Below, piece by piece: positions 49,001-63,024 of a stretch of DNA of 64,000 nt. Position numbers and translations under genes: made by a program. Within the stretch, counting starts at the first letter, position 1. Every line of letters begins with the position of its first letter. Below the pieces are notes generated by a model. The model was not told where the DNA came from, searched no databases, and saw only the letters and a list, made by a program, of their open reading frames with translations. This DNA comes from the human T2T-CHM13v2.0 reference genome, Homo sapiens. The stretch lies in the NCBI RefSeq assembly GCF_009914755.1, contig NC_060931.1. One strand, 5' to 3'.

Positions 49001-52000
49001 GATGTGTGCGTTCAACTCACAGAGTTTAACCTTTCTTTTCATAGAGGAGTTTGGAAACACACTGTTTGTAAAGTCTGCAATTGGATATATGGACCTGTTT
49101 GAGGCCTTCGTTGGAAACGGGATTTCTTCATTGAATGCTAGACGGAAGAATTCTCAGTAAATTCTTTGTGTTGTGTGCATTCAACTCACAGAGTGGAACG
49201 TCCCTTTAGACAGAGCAGATTTGAAACACTCTTTTTGCGGAATTTGCAAGTGGAGATTTCTAGCCATTTGATGCCAACAGTAGAAAGGGAAATATCTTCA
49301 AATAAAAACCAGACAGAATCATTCTCAGAAAATTCTTTGTGATGTGTGCGTTCAGCTCACATAGTTTAACCTTTCTTTTCATAGAGCAGTTTGGAAACAC
49401 TCTGTTTGTAAAGTCTGCAAGTGGATATATGGACCGCATTGAGGCCTTCGTTGGAAACGGGATTTCTTCATTTCATGCTAGACAGAAGAATTCTCAGTAA
49501 CTTCCTTGTGCTGTGTGTATTCAACTCACAGAGTGGAACGTCCCTTTGCACAGAGCAGATTTGAAACACTCTTTTTGTGGAGTTTGCAAGTGGAGATTTC
49601 AAGCGATTTGATGCCAACAGTAGGAAAGGAAATATCTTCAAATAAAAACTAGACAGAATCATTCTCAGAAACTACTTTGTGATGTGTGCCTTCAACTCAC
49701 AGAGTTTAACCTTTCTTTTCTTAGAGCAGTTTAGAAACACTCTGCTTGTTATGTCTGCAAGTGGATATTTGGACCTCTTTGAGGCCTTCGTTGCAAACAG
49801 GGTTTCTTCCTTTAATGCTAGACTAAGAAGAGTTCTCAGTAACTTTTTTGTGTTGTGTGTATTCAACTCACAGAGTTGAACCTTGCTTTAGAGAGAGCAG
49901 ATTTGAAACACTCTTGCTGTGGCATTTTCAGGTGGAGATTTCAAGCGATTTGAGGACAATTGCAGAAAAGGAAATATCTTCGTATAATAACCAGACAGAA
50001 TCATTCTCAGAAAGTGCTTTGTGATGTGTGCGTTCAACTCACAGAGTTTAACCTTTCTTTTCATAGAGGAGTTTGGAAACACACTGTTTGTAAAGTCTGC
50101 AATTGGATATATGGACCTGTTTGAGGCCTTCGTTGGAAACGGGATTTCTTCATTGAATGCTAGACGGAAGAATTCTCAGTAAATTCTTTGTGTTGTGTGC
50201 ATTCAACTCACAGAGTGGAACGTCCCTTTAGACAGAGCAGATTTGAAACACTCTTTTTGCGGAATTTGCAAGTGGAGATTTCTAGCCATTTGATGCCAAC
50301 AGTAGAAAGGGAAATATCTTCAAATAAAAACCAGACAGAATCATTCTCAGAAAATTCTTTGTGATGTGTGCGTTCAATTCACATAGTTTAACCTTTCTTT
50401 TCATAGAGCAGTTTGGAAACACTCTGTTTGTAAAGTCTGCAAGTGGATATATGGACCGCATTGAGGCCTTCTTTGGAAACGGGATTTCTTCATTTCATGC
50501 TAGACAGAAGAATTCTCAGTAACTTCTTTGTGCTGTGTGTATTCAACTCACAGAGTGCAACGTCCCTTTACACAGAGCAGATTTGAAACACTCTTTTTGT
50601 GGAGTTTGCAAGTGGAGATTTCAAGCGATTTTATGCCAACAGTAGAAAAGGAAATATCTTCAAATAAAAACTAGACAGAATCATTCTCAGAAACTACTTT
50701 GTGATGTGTGCCTTCAACTCACAGAGTTTAACCTTTCTTTTCTTAGAGCAGCTTAGAAACACTCTGCTTGTTATGTCTGCAAGTGGATATTTGGACCTCT
50801 TTGAGGCCTTCGTTGCAAACGGGGTTTCTTCCTTTAATGCTAGACTAAGAAGAGTTCTCAGTAACTTTTTTGTGTTGTGTTTATTCAACTCACAGAGTTG
50901 AACCTTGCTTTAGAGAGAGCAGATTTGAAACACTCTCGCTGTGGCATTTTCAGGTGGAGATTTCAAACGATTTGAGGACAATTGCAGAAAAGGAAATATC
51001 TTCGTATAATAACCAGACAGAATCATTCTCAGAAAGTGCTTTGTGATGTGTGCGTTCAACTCACAGAGTTTAACCTTTCTTTTCATAGAGGAGTTTGGAA
51101 ACACACTGTTTGTAAAGTCTGCAATTGGATATATGGACCTGTTTGAGGCCTTCGTTGGAAACGGGATTTTATCATATAATGATAGACGGAAGAATTCTCA
51201 GTAAATTCTTTGTGTTGTATGCATTCAACTCACAGAGTGGAACGTCCCTTTAGACAGAGCAGATTTGAAACACTCTTTTTGCGGAATTTGCAAGTGGAGA
51301 TTTCTAGCCATTTGATGCCAACAGTAGAAAGGGAAATATCTTCAAATAAAAACCAGACAGAATCATTCTCAGAAAATTCTTTGTGATGTGTGCATTCAAC
51401 TCACATAGTTTAACCTTTCTTTTCATAGAGCAGTTTGGAAACACTCTGTTTGTAAAGTCTGCAAGTGGATATATGGACCGCATTGAGGCCTTCGTTGGAA
51501 ACGGGATTTCTTCATTTCATGCTAGACAGAAGAATTCTCAGTAACTTCTTTGTGCTGTGTGTATTCAACTCACAGAGTGGAACGTCCCTTTACACAGAGC
51601 AGATTTGAAACACTCTTTTTGTGGAGTTTGCAAGTGGAGATTTCAAGCGATTTGATGCCAACAGTAGAAAAGGAAATATCTTCAAATAAAAACTAGACAG
51701 AATCATTCTCAGAAACTACTTTGTGATGTGTGCCTTCAACTCACAGAGTTTAACCTTTCTTTTCTTAGAGCAGTTTAGAAACACTCTGCTTGTTATGTCT
51801 GCAAGTGGATATTTGGACCTCTTTGAGGCCTTCGTTGCAAACGGGGTTTCTTCCTTTAATGCTAGACTAAGAAGAGTTCTCAGTAACTTTTTTGTGTTGT
51901 GTGTATTCAACTCACAGAGTTGAACCTTGCTTTAGAGAGAGCAGATTTGAAACACTCTCGCTGTGGAATTTTCAGGTGGAGATTTCAAGCGATTTGAGGA

Positions 52001-55000
52001 CAATTGCAGAAAAGGAAATATCTTCGTATAATAACCAGACAGAATCATTCTCAGAAAGTGCTTTGTGATGTGTGCGTTCAACTCACAGAGTTTAACCTTT
52101 CTTTTCATAGAGGAGTTTGGAAACACACTGTTTGTAAAGTCTGCAAGTGGATATATGGACCTGTTTGAGGCCTTCGTTGGAAACGGGATTTCTTCATTGA
52201 ATGCTAGACGGAAGAATTCTCAGTAAATTCTTTGTGTTGTGTGCATTCAACTCACAGAGTGGAACGTCCCTTTAGACAGAGCAGATTTGAAACACTCTTT
52301 TTGCGGAATTTGCAAGTGGAGATTTCTAGCCATTTGATGCCAACAGTAGAAAGGGAAATATCTTCAAATAAAAACCAGACAGAATCATTCTCAGAAAATT
52401 CTTTGTGATGTGTGCGTTCAACTCACATAGTTTAACCTTTCTTTTCATAGAGCAGTTTGGAAACACTCTGTTTGTAAAGTCTGCAAGTGGATATATGGAC
52501 CGCATTGAGGCCTTCGTTGGAAACGGGATTTCTTCATTTCATGCTAGACAGAAGAATTCTCAGTAACTTCTTTGTGCTGTGTGTATTCAACTCACAGAGT
52601 GGAACGTCCCATTGCACAGAGCAGATTTGAAACACTCTTTTTGTGGAGTTTGCAAGTGGAGATTTCAAGCGATTTGATGCCAACAGTAGAAAAGGAAATA
52701 TCTTCAAATAAAAACTAGACAGAATCATTCTCAGAAACTACTTTGTGATGTGTGCCTTCAACTCACAGAGTTTAATCTTTCTTTTCTTAGAGCAGTTTAG
52801 AAACACTCTGCTTGTTATGTCTGCAAGTGGATATTTGGACCTCTTTGAGGCCTTCGTTGCAAACGGGGTTTCTTCCTTTCATGCTAGACTAAGAAGAGTT
52901 CTCAGTAACTTTTTTGTGTTGTGTGTATTCAACTCACAGAGTTGAACCTTGCTTTAGAGAGAGCAGATTTGAAACACTCTCGCTGTGGAATTTTCAGGTG
53001 GAGATTTCAAGCGATTTGAGGACAATTGCAGAAAAGGAAATATCTTCGTATAATAACCAGACAGAATCATTCTCAGAAAGTGCTTTGTGATGTGTGCGTT
53101 CAACTCACAGAGTTTAACCTTTCTTTTCATAGAGGAGTTTGGAAACACACTGTTTGTAAAGTCTGCAATTGGATATATGGACCTGTTTGAGGCCTTCGTT
53201 GGAAACGGGATTTCTTCATTGAATGCTAGACGGAAGAATTCTCAGTAAATTCTTTGTGTTGTGTGCATTCAACTCACAGAGTGGAACGTCCCTTTAGACA
53301 GAGCAGATTTGAAACACTCTTTTTGCGGAATTTGCAAGTGGAGATTTCTAGCCATTTGATGCCAACAGTAGAAAGGGAAATATCTTCAAATAAAAACCAG
53401 ACAGAATCATTCTCAGAAAATTCTTTGTGATGTGTGCGTTCAGCTCACATAGTTTAACCTTTCTTTTCATAGAGCAGTTTGGAAACACTCTGTTTGTAAA
53501 GTCTGCAAGTGGATATATGGACCGCATTGAGGCCTTCGTTGGAAACGGGATTTCTTCATTTCATGCTAGACAGAAGAATTCTCAGTAACTTCCTTGTGCT
53601 GTGTGTATTCAACTCACAGAGTGGAACGTCCCTTTGCACAGAGCAGATTTGAAACACTCTTTTTGTGGAGTTTGCAAGTGGAGATTTCAAGCGATTTGAT
53701 GCCAACAGTAGGAAAGGAAATATCTTCAAATAAAAACTAGACAGAATCATTCTCAGAAACTACTTTGTGATGTGTGCCTTCAACTCACAGAGTTTAACCT
53801 TTCTTTTCTTATAGCAGTTTAGAAACACTCTGCTTGTTATGTCTGCAAGTGGATATTTGGACCTCTTTGAGGCCTTCGTTGCAAACAGGGTTTCTTCCTT
53901 TAATGCTAGACTAAGAAGAGTTCTCAGTAACTTTTTTGTGTTGTGTGTATTCAACTCACAGAGTTGAACCTTGCTTTAGAGAGAGCAGATTTGAAACACT
54001 CTTGCTGTGGCATTTTCAGGTGGAGATTTCAAGCGATTTGAGGACAATTGCAGAAAAGGAAATATCTTCGTATAATAACCAGACAGAATCATTCTCAGAA
54101 AGTGCTTTGTGATGTGTGCGTTCAACTCACAGAGTTTAACCTTTCTTTTCATAGAGGAGTTTGGAAACACACTGTTTGTAAAGTCTGCAAGTGGATATAT
54201 GGACCTGTTTGAGGCCTTCGTTGGAAACGGGATTTCTTCATTGAATGCTAGACGGAAGAATTCTCAGTAAATTCTTTGTGTTTTGTGCATTCAACTCACA
54301 GAGTGGAACGTCCCTTTAGACAGAGCAGATTTGAAACACTCTTTTTGCGGAATTTGCAAGTGGAGATTTCTAGCCATTTGATGCCAACAGTAGAAAGGGA
54401 AATATCTTCAAATAAAAACCAGACAGAATCATTCTCAGAAAATTCTTTGTGATGTGTGCTTTCAACTCACATAGTTTAACCTTTCTTTTCATAGAGCAGT
54501 TTGGAAACACTCTGTTTGTAAAGTCTGCAAGTGGATATATGGACCGCATTGAGGCCTTCGTTGGAAACGGGATTTCTTCATTTCATGCTAGACAGAAGAA
54601 TTCTCAGTAACTTCTTTGTGCTGTGTGTATTCAACTCACAGAGTGGAACGTCCCTTTACACAGAGCAGATTTGAAACACTCTTTTTGTGGAGTTTGCAAG
54701 TGGAGATTTCAAGCGATTTGATGCCAACAGTAGAAAAGGAAATATCTTCAAATAAAAACTAGACAGAATCATTCTCAGAAACTACTTTGTGATGTGTGCC
54801 TTCAACTCACAGAGTTTAACCTTTCTTTTCTTAGAGCAGTTTAGAAACACTCTGCTTGTTATGTCTGCAAGTGGATATTTGGACCTCTTTGAGGCCTTCG
54901 TTGCAAACGGGATTTCTTCCTTTCATGCTAGACTAAGAAGAGTTCTCAGTAACTTTTTTGTGTTGTGTGTATTCAACTCACAGAGTTGAACCTTGCTTTA

Positions 55001-58000
55001 GAGAGAGCAGATTTGAAACACTCTTGCTGTGGCATTTTCAGGTGGAGATTTCAAGCGATTTGAGGACAATTGCAGAAAAGGAAATATCTTCGTATAATAA
55101 CCAGACAGAATCATTCTCAGAAAGTGCTTTGTGATGTGTGCGTTCAACTCACAGAGTTTAACCTTTCTTTTCATAGAGGAGTTTGGAAACACACTGTTTG
55201 TAAAGTCTGCAAGTGGATATATGGACCTGTTTGAGGCCTTCGTTGGAAACGGGATTTCTTCATTGAATGCTAGACGGAAGAATTCTCAGTAAATTCTTTG
55301 TGTTGTGTGCATTCAACTCACAGAGTGGAACGTCCCTTTAGACAGAGCAGATTTGAAACACTCTTTTTGCGGAATTTGCAAGTGGAGATTTCTAGCCATT
55401 TGATGCCAACAGTAGAAAGGGAAATATCTTCAAATAAAAACCAGACAGAATCATTCTCAGAAAATTCTTTGTGATGTGTGCGTTCAACTCACATAGTTTA
55501 ACCTTTCTTTTTATAGAGCAGTTTGGAAACACTCTGTTTGTAAAGTCTGCAAGTGGATATATGGACCGCATTGAGGCCTTCGTTGGAAACGGGATTTCTT
55601 CATTTCATGCTAGACAGAAGAATTCTCAGTAACTTCTTTGTGCTGTGTGTATTCAACTCACAGAGTGGAACGTCCCTTTGCACAGAGCAGATTTGAAACA
55701 CTCTTTTTGTGGAGTTTGCAAGTGGAGATTTCAAGCGATTTGATGCCAACAGTAGAAAAGGAAATATCTTCAAATAAAAACTAGACAGAATCATTCTCAG
55801 AAACTACTTTGTGATGTGTGCCTTCAACTCACAGAGTTCAACCTTTCTTTTCTTAGAGCAGTTTAGAAACACTCTGCTTGTTATGTCTGCAAGTGGATAT
55901 TTGGACCTCTTTGAGGCCTTCGTTGCAAACGGGGTTTCTTCCTTTCATGCTAGACTAAGAAGAGTTCTCAGTAACTTTTTTGTGTTGTGTGTATTCAACT
56001 CACAGAGTTGAACCTTGCTTTAGAGAGAGCAGATTTGAAACACTCTTGCTGTGGAATTTTCAGGTGGAGATTTCAAGCGATTTGAGGACAATTGCAGAAA
56101 AGGAAATATCTTCGTATAATAACCAGACAGAATCATTCTCAGAAAGTGCTTTGTGATGTGTGCGTTCAACTCACAGAGTTTAACCTTTCTTTTCATAGAG
56201 GAGCTTGGAAACACACTGTTTGTAAAGTCTGCAATTGGATATATGGACCTGTTTGAGGCTTCCGTTGGAAACGGGATTTCTTCATTGAATGCTAGACGGA
56301 AGAAATCTCAGTAAATTCTTTGTGTTGTGTGCATTCAACTCACAGAGTGGAACGTCCCTTTAGACAGAGCAGATTTGAAACACTCTTTTTGCGGAATTTG
56401 CAAGTGGAGATTTCTAGCCATTTGATGCCAACAGTAGAAAGGGAAATATCTTCAAATAAAAACCAGACAGAATCATTCTCAGAAAATTCTTTGTGATGTG
56501 TGCGTTCAACTCACATAGTTTAACCTTTCTTTTCATAGAGCAGTTTGGAAACACTCTGTTTGTAAAGTCTGCAAGTGGATATATGGACCGCATTGAGGCC
56601 TTCGTTGGAAACGGGATTTCTTCATTTCATGCTAGACAGAAGAATTCTCAGTAACTTCTTTGTGCTGTGTGTATTCAACTCACAGAGTGGAACGTCCCAT
56701 TGCACAGAGCAGATTTGAAACACTCTTTTTGTGGAGTTTGCAAGTGGAGATTTCAAGCGATTTGATGCCAACAGTAGAAAAGGAAATATCTTCAAATAAA
56801 AACTAGACAGAATCATTCTCAGAAACTACTTTGTGATGTGTGCCTTCAACTCACAGAGTTTAACCTTTCTTTTCTTAGAGCAGTTTAGAAACACTCTGCT
56901 TGTTATGTCTGCAAGTGGATATTTGGACCTCTTTGAGGCCTTCGTTGCAAACGGGGTTTCTTCCTTTAATGCTAGACTAAGAAGAGTTCTCAGTAACTTT
57001 TTTGTGTTGTGTGTATTCAACTCACAGAGTTGAACCTTGCTTTAGAGAGAGCAGATTTGAAACACTCTCGCTGTGGAATTTTCAGGTGGAGATTTCAAGC
57101 GATTTGAGGACAATTGCAGAAAAGGAAATATCTTCGTATAATAACCAGACAGAATCATTCTCAGAAAGTGCTTTGTGATGTGTGCGTTCAACTCACAGAG
57201 TTTAACCTTTCTTTTCATAGAGGAGTTTGGAAACACACTGTTTGTAAAGTCTGCAATTGGATATATGGACCTGTTTGAGGCCTTCGTTGGAAACGGGATT
57301 TCTTCATTGAATGCTAGACGGAAGAATTCTCAGTAAATTCTTTGTGTTGTGTGCATTCAACTCACAGAGTGGAACGTCCCTTTAGACAGAGCAGATTTGA
57401 AACACTCTTTTTGCGGAATTTGCAAGTGGAGATTTCTAGCCATTTGATGCCAACAGTAGAAAGGGAAATATCTTCAAATAAAAACCAGACAGAATCATTC
57501 TCAGAAAATTCTTTGTGATGTGTGCGTTCAGCTCACATAGTTTAACCTTTCTTTTCATAGAGCAGTTTGGAAACACTCTGTTTGTAAAGTCTGCAAGTGG
57601 ATATATGGACCGCATTGAGGCCTTCGTTGGAAACGGGATTTCTTCATTTCATGCTAGACAGAAGAATTCTCAGTAACTTCCTTGTGCTGTGTGTATTCAA
57701 CTCACAGAGTGGAACGTCCCTTTGCACAGAGCAGATTTGAAACACTCTTTTTGTGGAGTTTGCAAGTGGAGATTTCAAGCGATTTGATGCCAACAGTAGG
57801 AAAGGAAATATCTTCAAATAAAAACTAGACAGAATCATTCTCAGAAACTACTTTGTGATGTGTGCCTTTTACTCACAGAGTTTAACCTTTCTTTTCTTAG
57901 AGCAGTTTAGAAACACTCTGCTTGTTATGTCTGCAAGTGGATATTTGGACCTCTTTGAGGCCTTCGTTGCAAACGGGGTTTCTTCCTTTCATGCTAGACT

Positions 58001-61000
58001 AAGAAGAGTTCTCAGTAACTTTTTTGTGTTGTGTGTATTCAACTCACAGAGTTGAACCTTGCTTTAGAGAGAGCAGATTTGAAACACTCTTGCTGTGGCA
58101 TTTTCAGGTGGAGATTTCAAGCGATTTGAGGACAATTGCAGAAAAGGAAATATCTTCGTATAATAACCAGACAGAATCATTCTCAGAAAGTGCTTTGTGA
58201 TGTGTGCGTTCAACTCACAGAGTTTAACCTTTCTTTTCATAGAGGAGTTTGGAAACACACTGTTTGTAAAGTCTGCAATTGGATATATGGACCTGTTTGA
58301 GGCCTCCGTTGGAAACGGGATTTCTTCATTGAATGCTAGACGGAAGAATTCTCAGTAAATTCTTTGTGTTGTGTGCATTCAACTCACAGAGTGGAACGTC
58401 CCTTTAGACAGAGCAGATTTGAAACACTCTTTTTGCGGAATTTGCAAGTGGAGATTTCTAGCCATTTGATGCCAACAGTAGAAAGGGAAATATCTTCAAA
58501 TAAAAACCAGACAGAATCATTCTCAGAAAATTCTTTGTGATGTGTGCGTTCAACTCACATAGTTTAACCTTTCTTTTCATAGAGCAGTTTGGAAACACTC
58601 TGTTTGTAAAGTCTGCAAGTGGATATATGGACCGCATTGAGGCCTTCGTTGGAAACGGGATTTCTTCATTTCATGCTAGACAGAAGAATTCTCAGTAACT
58701 TCTTTGTGCTGTGTGTATTCAACTCACAGAGTGGAACGTCCCATTGCACAGAGCAGATTTGAAACACTCTTTTTGTGGAGTTTGCAAGTGGAGATTTCAA
58801 GCGATTTGATGCCAACAGTAGAAAAGGAAATATCTTCAAATAAAAACTAGACAGAATCATTCTCAGAAACTACTTTGTGATGTGTGCCTTCAACTCACAG
58901 AGTTTAACCTTTCTTTTCTTAGAGCAGTTTAGAAACACTCTGCTTGTTATGTCTGCAAGTGGATATTTGGACCTCTTTGAGGCCTTCGTTGCAAACGGGG
59001 TTTCTTCCTTTAATGCTAGACTAAGAAGAGTTCTCAGTAACTTTTTTGTGTTGTGTGTATTCAACTCACAGAGTTGAACCTTGCTTTAGAGAGAGCAGAT
59101 TTGAAACACTCTCGCTGTGGAATTTTCAGGTGGAGATTTCAAGCGATTTGAGGACAATTGCAGAAAAGGAAATATCTTCGTATAATAACCAGACAGAATC
59201 ATTCTCAGAAAGTGCTTTGTGATGTGTGCGTTCAACTCACAGAGTTTAACCTTTCTTTTCATAGAGGAGTTTGGAAACACACTGTTTGTAAAGTCTGCAA
59301 TTGGATATATGGACCTGTTTGAGGCCTTCGTTGGAAACGGGATTTCTTCATTGAATGCTAGACGGAAGAATTCTCAGTAAATTCTTTGTGTTGTGTGCAT
59401 TCAACTCACAGAGTGGAACGTCCCTTTAGACAGAGCAGATTTGAAACACTCTTTTTGCGGAATTTGCAAGTGGAGATTTCTAGCCATTTGATGCCAACAG
59501 TAGAAAGGGAAATATCTTCAAATAAAAACCAGACAGAATCATTCTCAGAAAATTCTTTGTGATGTGTGCGTTCAGCTCACATAGTTTAACCTTTCTTTTC
59601 ATAGAGCAGTTTGGAAACACTCTGTTTGTAAAGTCTGCAAGTGGATATATGGACCGCATTGAGGCCTTCGTTGGAAACGGGATTTCTTCATTTCATGCTA
59701 GACAGAAGAATTCTCAGTAACTTCCTTGTGCTGTGTGTATTCAACTCACAGAGTGGAACGTCCCTTTGCACAGAGCAGATTTGAAACACTCTTTTTGTGG
59801 AGTTTGCAAGTGGAGATTTCAAGCGATTTGATGCCAACAGTAGGAAAGGAAATATCTTCAAATAAAAACTAGACAGAATCATTCTCAGAAACTACTTTGT
59901 GATGTGTGCCTTCAACTCACAGAGTTTAACCTTTCTTTTCTTAGAGCAGTTTAGAAACACTCTGCTTGTTATGTCTGCAAGTGGATATTTGGACCTCTTT
60001 GAGGCCTTCGTTGCAAACAGGGTTTCTTCCTTTAATGCTAGACTAAGAAGAGTTCTCAGTAACTTTTTTGTGTTGTGTGTATTCAACTCACAGAGTTGAA
60101 CCTTGCTTTAGAGAGAGCAGATTTGAAACACTCTTGCTGTGGCATTTTCAGGTGGAGATTTCAAGCGATTTGAGGACAATTGCAGAAAAGGAAATATCTT
60201 CGTATAATAACCAGACAGAATCATTCTCAGAAAGTGCTTTGTGATGTGTGCGTTCAACTCACAGAGTTTAACCTTTCTTTTCATAGAGGAGTTTGGAAAC
60301 ACACTGTTTGTAAAGTCTGCAAGTGGATATATGGACCTGTTTGAGGCCTTCGTTGGAAACGGGATTTCTTCATTGAATGCTAGACGGAAGAATTCTCAGT
60401 AAATTCTTTGTGTTGTGTGCATTCAACTCACAGAGTGGAACGTCCCTTTAGACAGAGCAGATTTGAAACACTCTTTTTGCGGAATTTGCAAGTGGAGATT
60501 TCTAGCCATTTGATGCCAACAGTAGAAAGGGAAATATCTTCAAATAAAAACCAGACAGAATCATTCTCAGAAAATTCTTTGTGATGTGTGCTTTCAACTC
60601 ACATAGTTTAACCTTTCTTTTCATAGAGCAGTTTGGAAACACTCTGTTTGTAAAGTCTGCAAGTGGATATATGGACCGCATTGAGGCCTTCGTTGGAAAC
60701 GGGATTTCTTCATTTCATGCTAGACAGAAGAATTCTCAGTAACTTCTTTGTGCTGTGTGTATTCAACTCACAGAGTGGAACGTCCCTTTACACAGAGCAG
60801 ATTTGAAACACTCTTTTTGTGGAGTTTGCAAGTGGAGATTTCAAGCGATTTGATGCCAACAGTAGAAAAGGAAATATCTTCAAATAAAAACTAGACAGAA
60901 TCATTCTCAGAAACTACTTTGTGATGTGTGCCTTCAACTCACAGAGTTTAACCTTTCTTTTCTTAGAGCAGTTTAGAAACACTCTGCTTGTTATGTCTGC

Positions 61001-63024
61001 AAGTGGATATTTGGACCTCTTTGAGGCCTTCGTTGCAAACGGGATTTCTTCCTTTCATGCTAGACTAAGAAGAGTTCTCAGTAACTTTTTTGTGTTGTGT
61101 GTATTCAACTCACAGAGTTGAACCTTGCTTTAGAGAGAGCAGATTTGAAACACTCTTGCTGTGGCATTTTCAGGTGGAGATTTCAAGCGATTTGAGGACA
61201 ATTGCAGAAAAGGAAATATCTTCGTATAATAACCAGACAGAATCATTCTCAGAAAGTGCTTTGTGATGTGTGCGTTCAACTCACAGAGTTTAACCTTTCT
61301 TTTCATAGAGGAGTTTGGAAACACACTGTTTGTAAAGTCTGCAAGTGGATATATGGACCTGTTTGAGGCCTTCGTTGGAAACGGGATTTCTTCATTGAAT
61401 GCTAGACGGAAGAATTCTCAGTAAATTCTTTGTGTTGTGTGCATTCAACTCACAGAGTGGAACGTCCCTTTAGACAGAGCAGATTTGAAACACTCTTTTT
61501 GCGGAATTTGCAAGTGGAGATTTCTAGCCATTTGATGCCAACAGTAGAAAGGGAAATATCTTCAAATAAAAACCAGACAGAATCATTCTCAGAAAATTCT
61601 TTGTGATGTGTGCGTTCAACTCACATAGTTTAACCTTTCTTTTTATAGAGCAGTTTGGAAACACTCTGTTTGTAAAGTCTGCAAGTGGATATATGGACCG
61701 CATTGAGGCCTTCGTTGGAAACGGGATTTCTTCATTTCATGCTAGACAGAAGAATTCTCAGTAACTTCTTTGTGCTGTGTGTATTCAACTCACAGAGTGG
61801 AACGTCCCTTTGCACAGAGCAGATTTGAAACACTCTTTTTGTGGAGTTTGCAAGTGGAGATTTCAAGCGATTTGATGCCAACAGTAGAAAAGGAAATATC
61901 TTCAAATAAAAACTAGACAGAATCATTCTCAGAAACTACTTTGTGATGTGTGCCTTCAACTCACAGAGTTTAACCTTTCTTTTCTTAGAGCAGTTTAGAA
62001 ACACTCTGCTTGTTATGTCTGCAAGTGGATATTTGGACCTCTTTGAGGCCTTCGTTGCAAACGGGGTTTCTTCCTTTAATGCTAGACTAAGAAGAGTTCT
62101 CATTAACTTTTTTGTGTTGTGTGTATTCAACTCACAGAGTTGAACCTTGCTTTAGAGAGAGCAGATTTGAAACACTCTCGCTGTGGAATTTTCAGGTGGA
62201 GATTTCAAGCGATTTGAGGACAATTGCAGAAAAGGAAATATCTTCGTATAATAACCAGACAGAATCATTCTCAGAAAGTGCTTTGTGATGTGTGCGTTCA
62301 ACTCACAGAGTTTAACCTTTCTTTTCATAGAGGAGTTTGGAAACACACTGTTTGTAAAGTCTGCAATTGGATATATGGACCTGTTTGAGGCCTTCGTTGG
62401 AAACGGGATTTCTTCATTGAATGCTAGACGGAAGAATTCTCAGTAAATTCTTTGTGTTGTGTGCATTCAACTCACAGAGTGGAACGTCCCTTTAGACAGA
62501 GCAGATTTGAAACACTCTTTTTGCGGAATTTGCAAGTGGAGATTTCTAGCCATTTGATGCCAACAGTAGAAAGGGAAATATCTTCAAATAAAAACCAGAC
62601 AGAATCATTCTCAGAAAATTCTTTGTGATGTGTGCGTTCAGCTCACATAGTTTAACCTTTCTTTTCATAGAGCAGTTTGGAAACACTCTGTTTGTAAAGT
62701 CTGCAAGTGGATATATGGACCGCATTGAGGCCTTCGTTGGAAACGGGATTTCTTCATTTCATGCTAGACAGAAGAATTCTCAGTAACTTCCTTGTGCTGT
62801 GTGTATTCAACTCACAGAGTGGAACGTCCCTTTGCACAGAGCAGATTTGAAACACTCTTTTTGTGGAGTTTGCAAGTGGAGATTTCAAGCGATTTGATGC
62901 CAACAGTAGGAAAGGAAATATCTTCAAATAAAAACTAGACAGAATCATTCTCAGAAACTACTTTGTGATGTGTGCCTTCAACTCACAGAGTTTAACCTTT
63001 CTTTTCTTAGAGCAGTTTAGAAAC

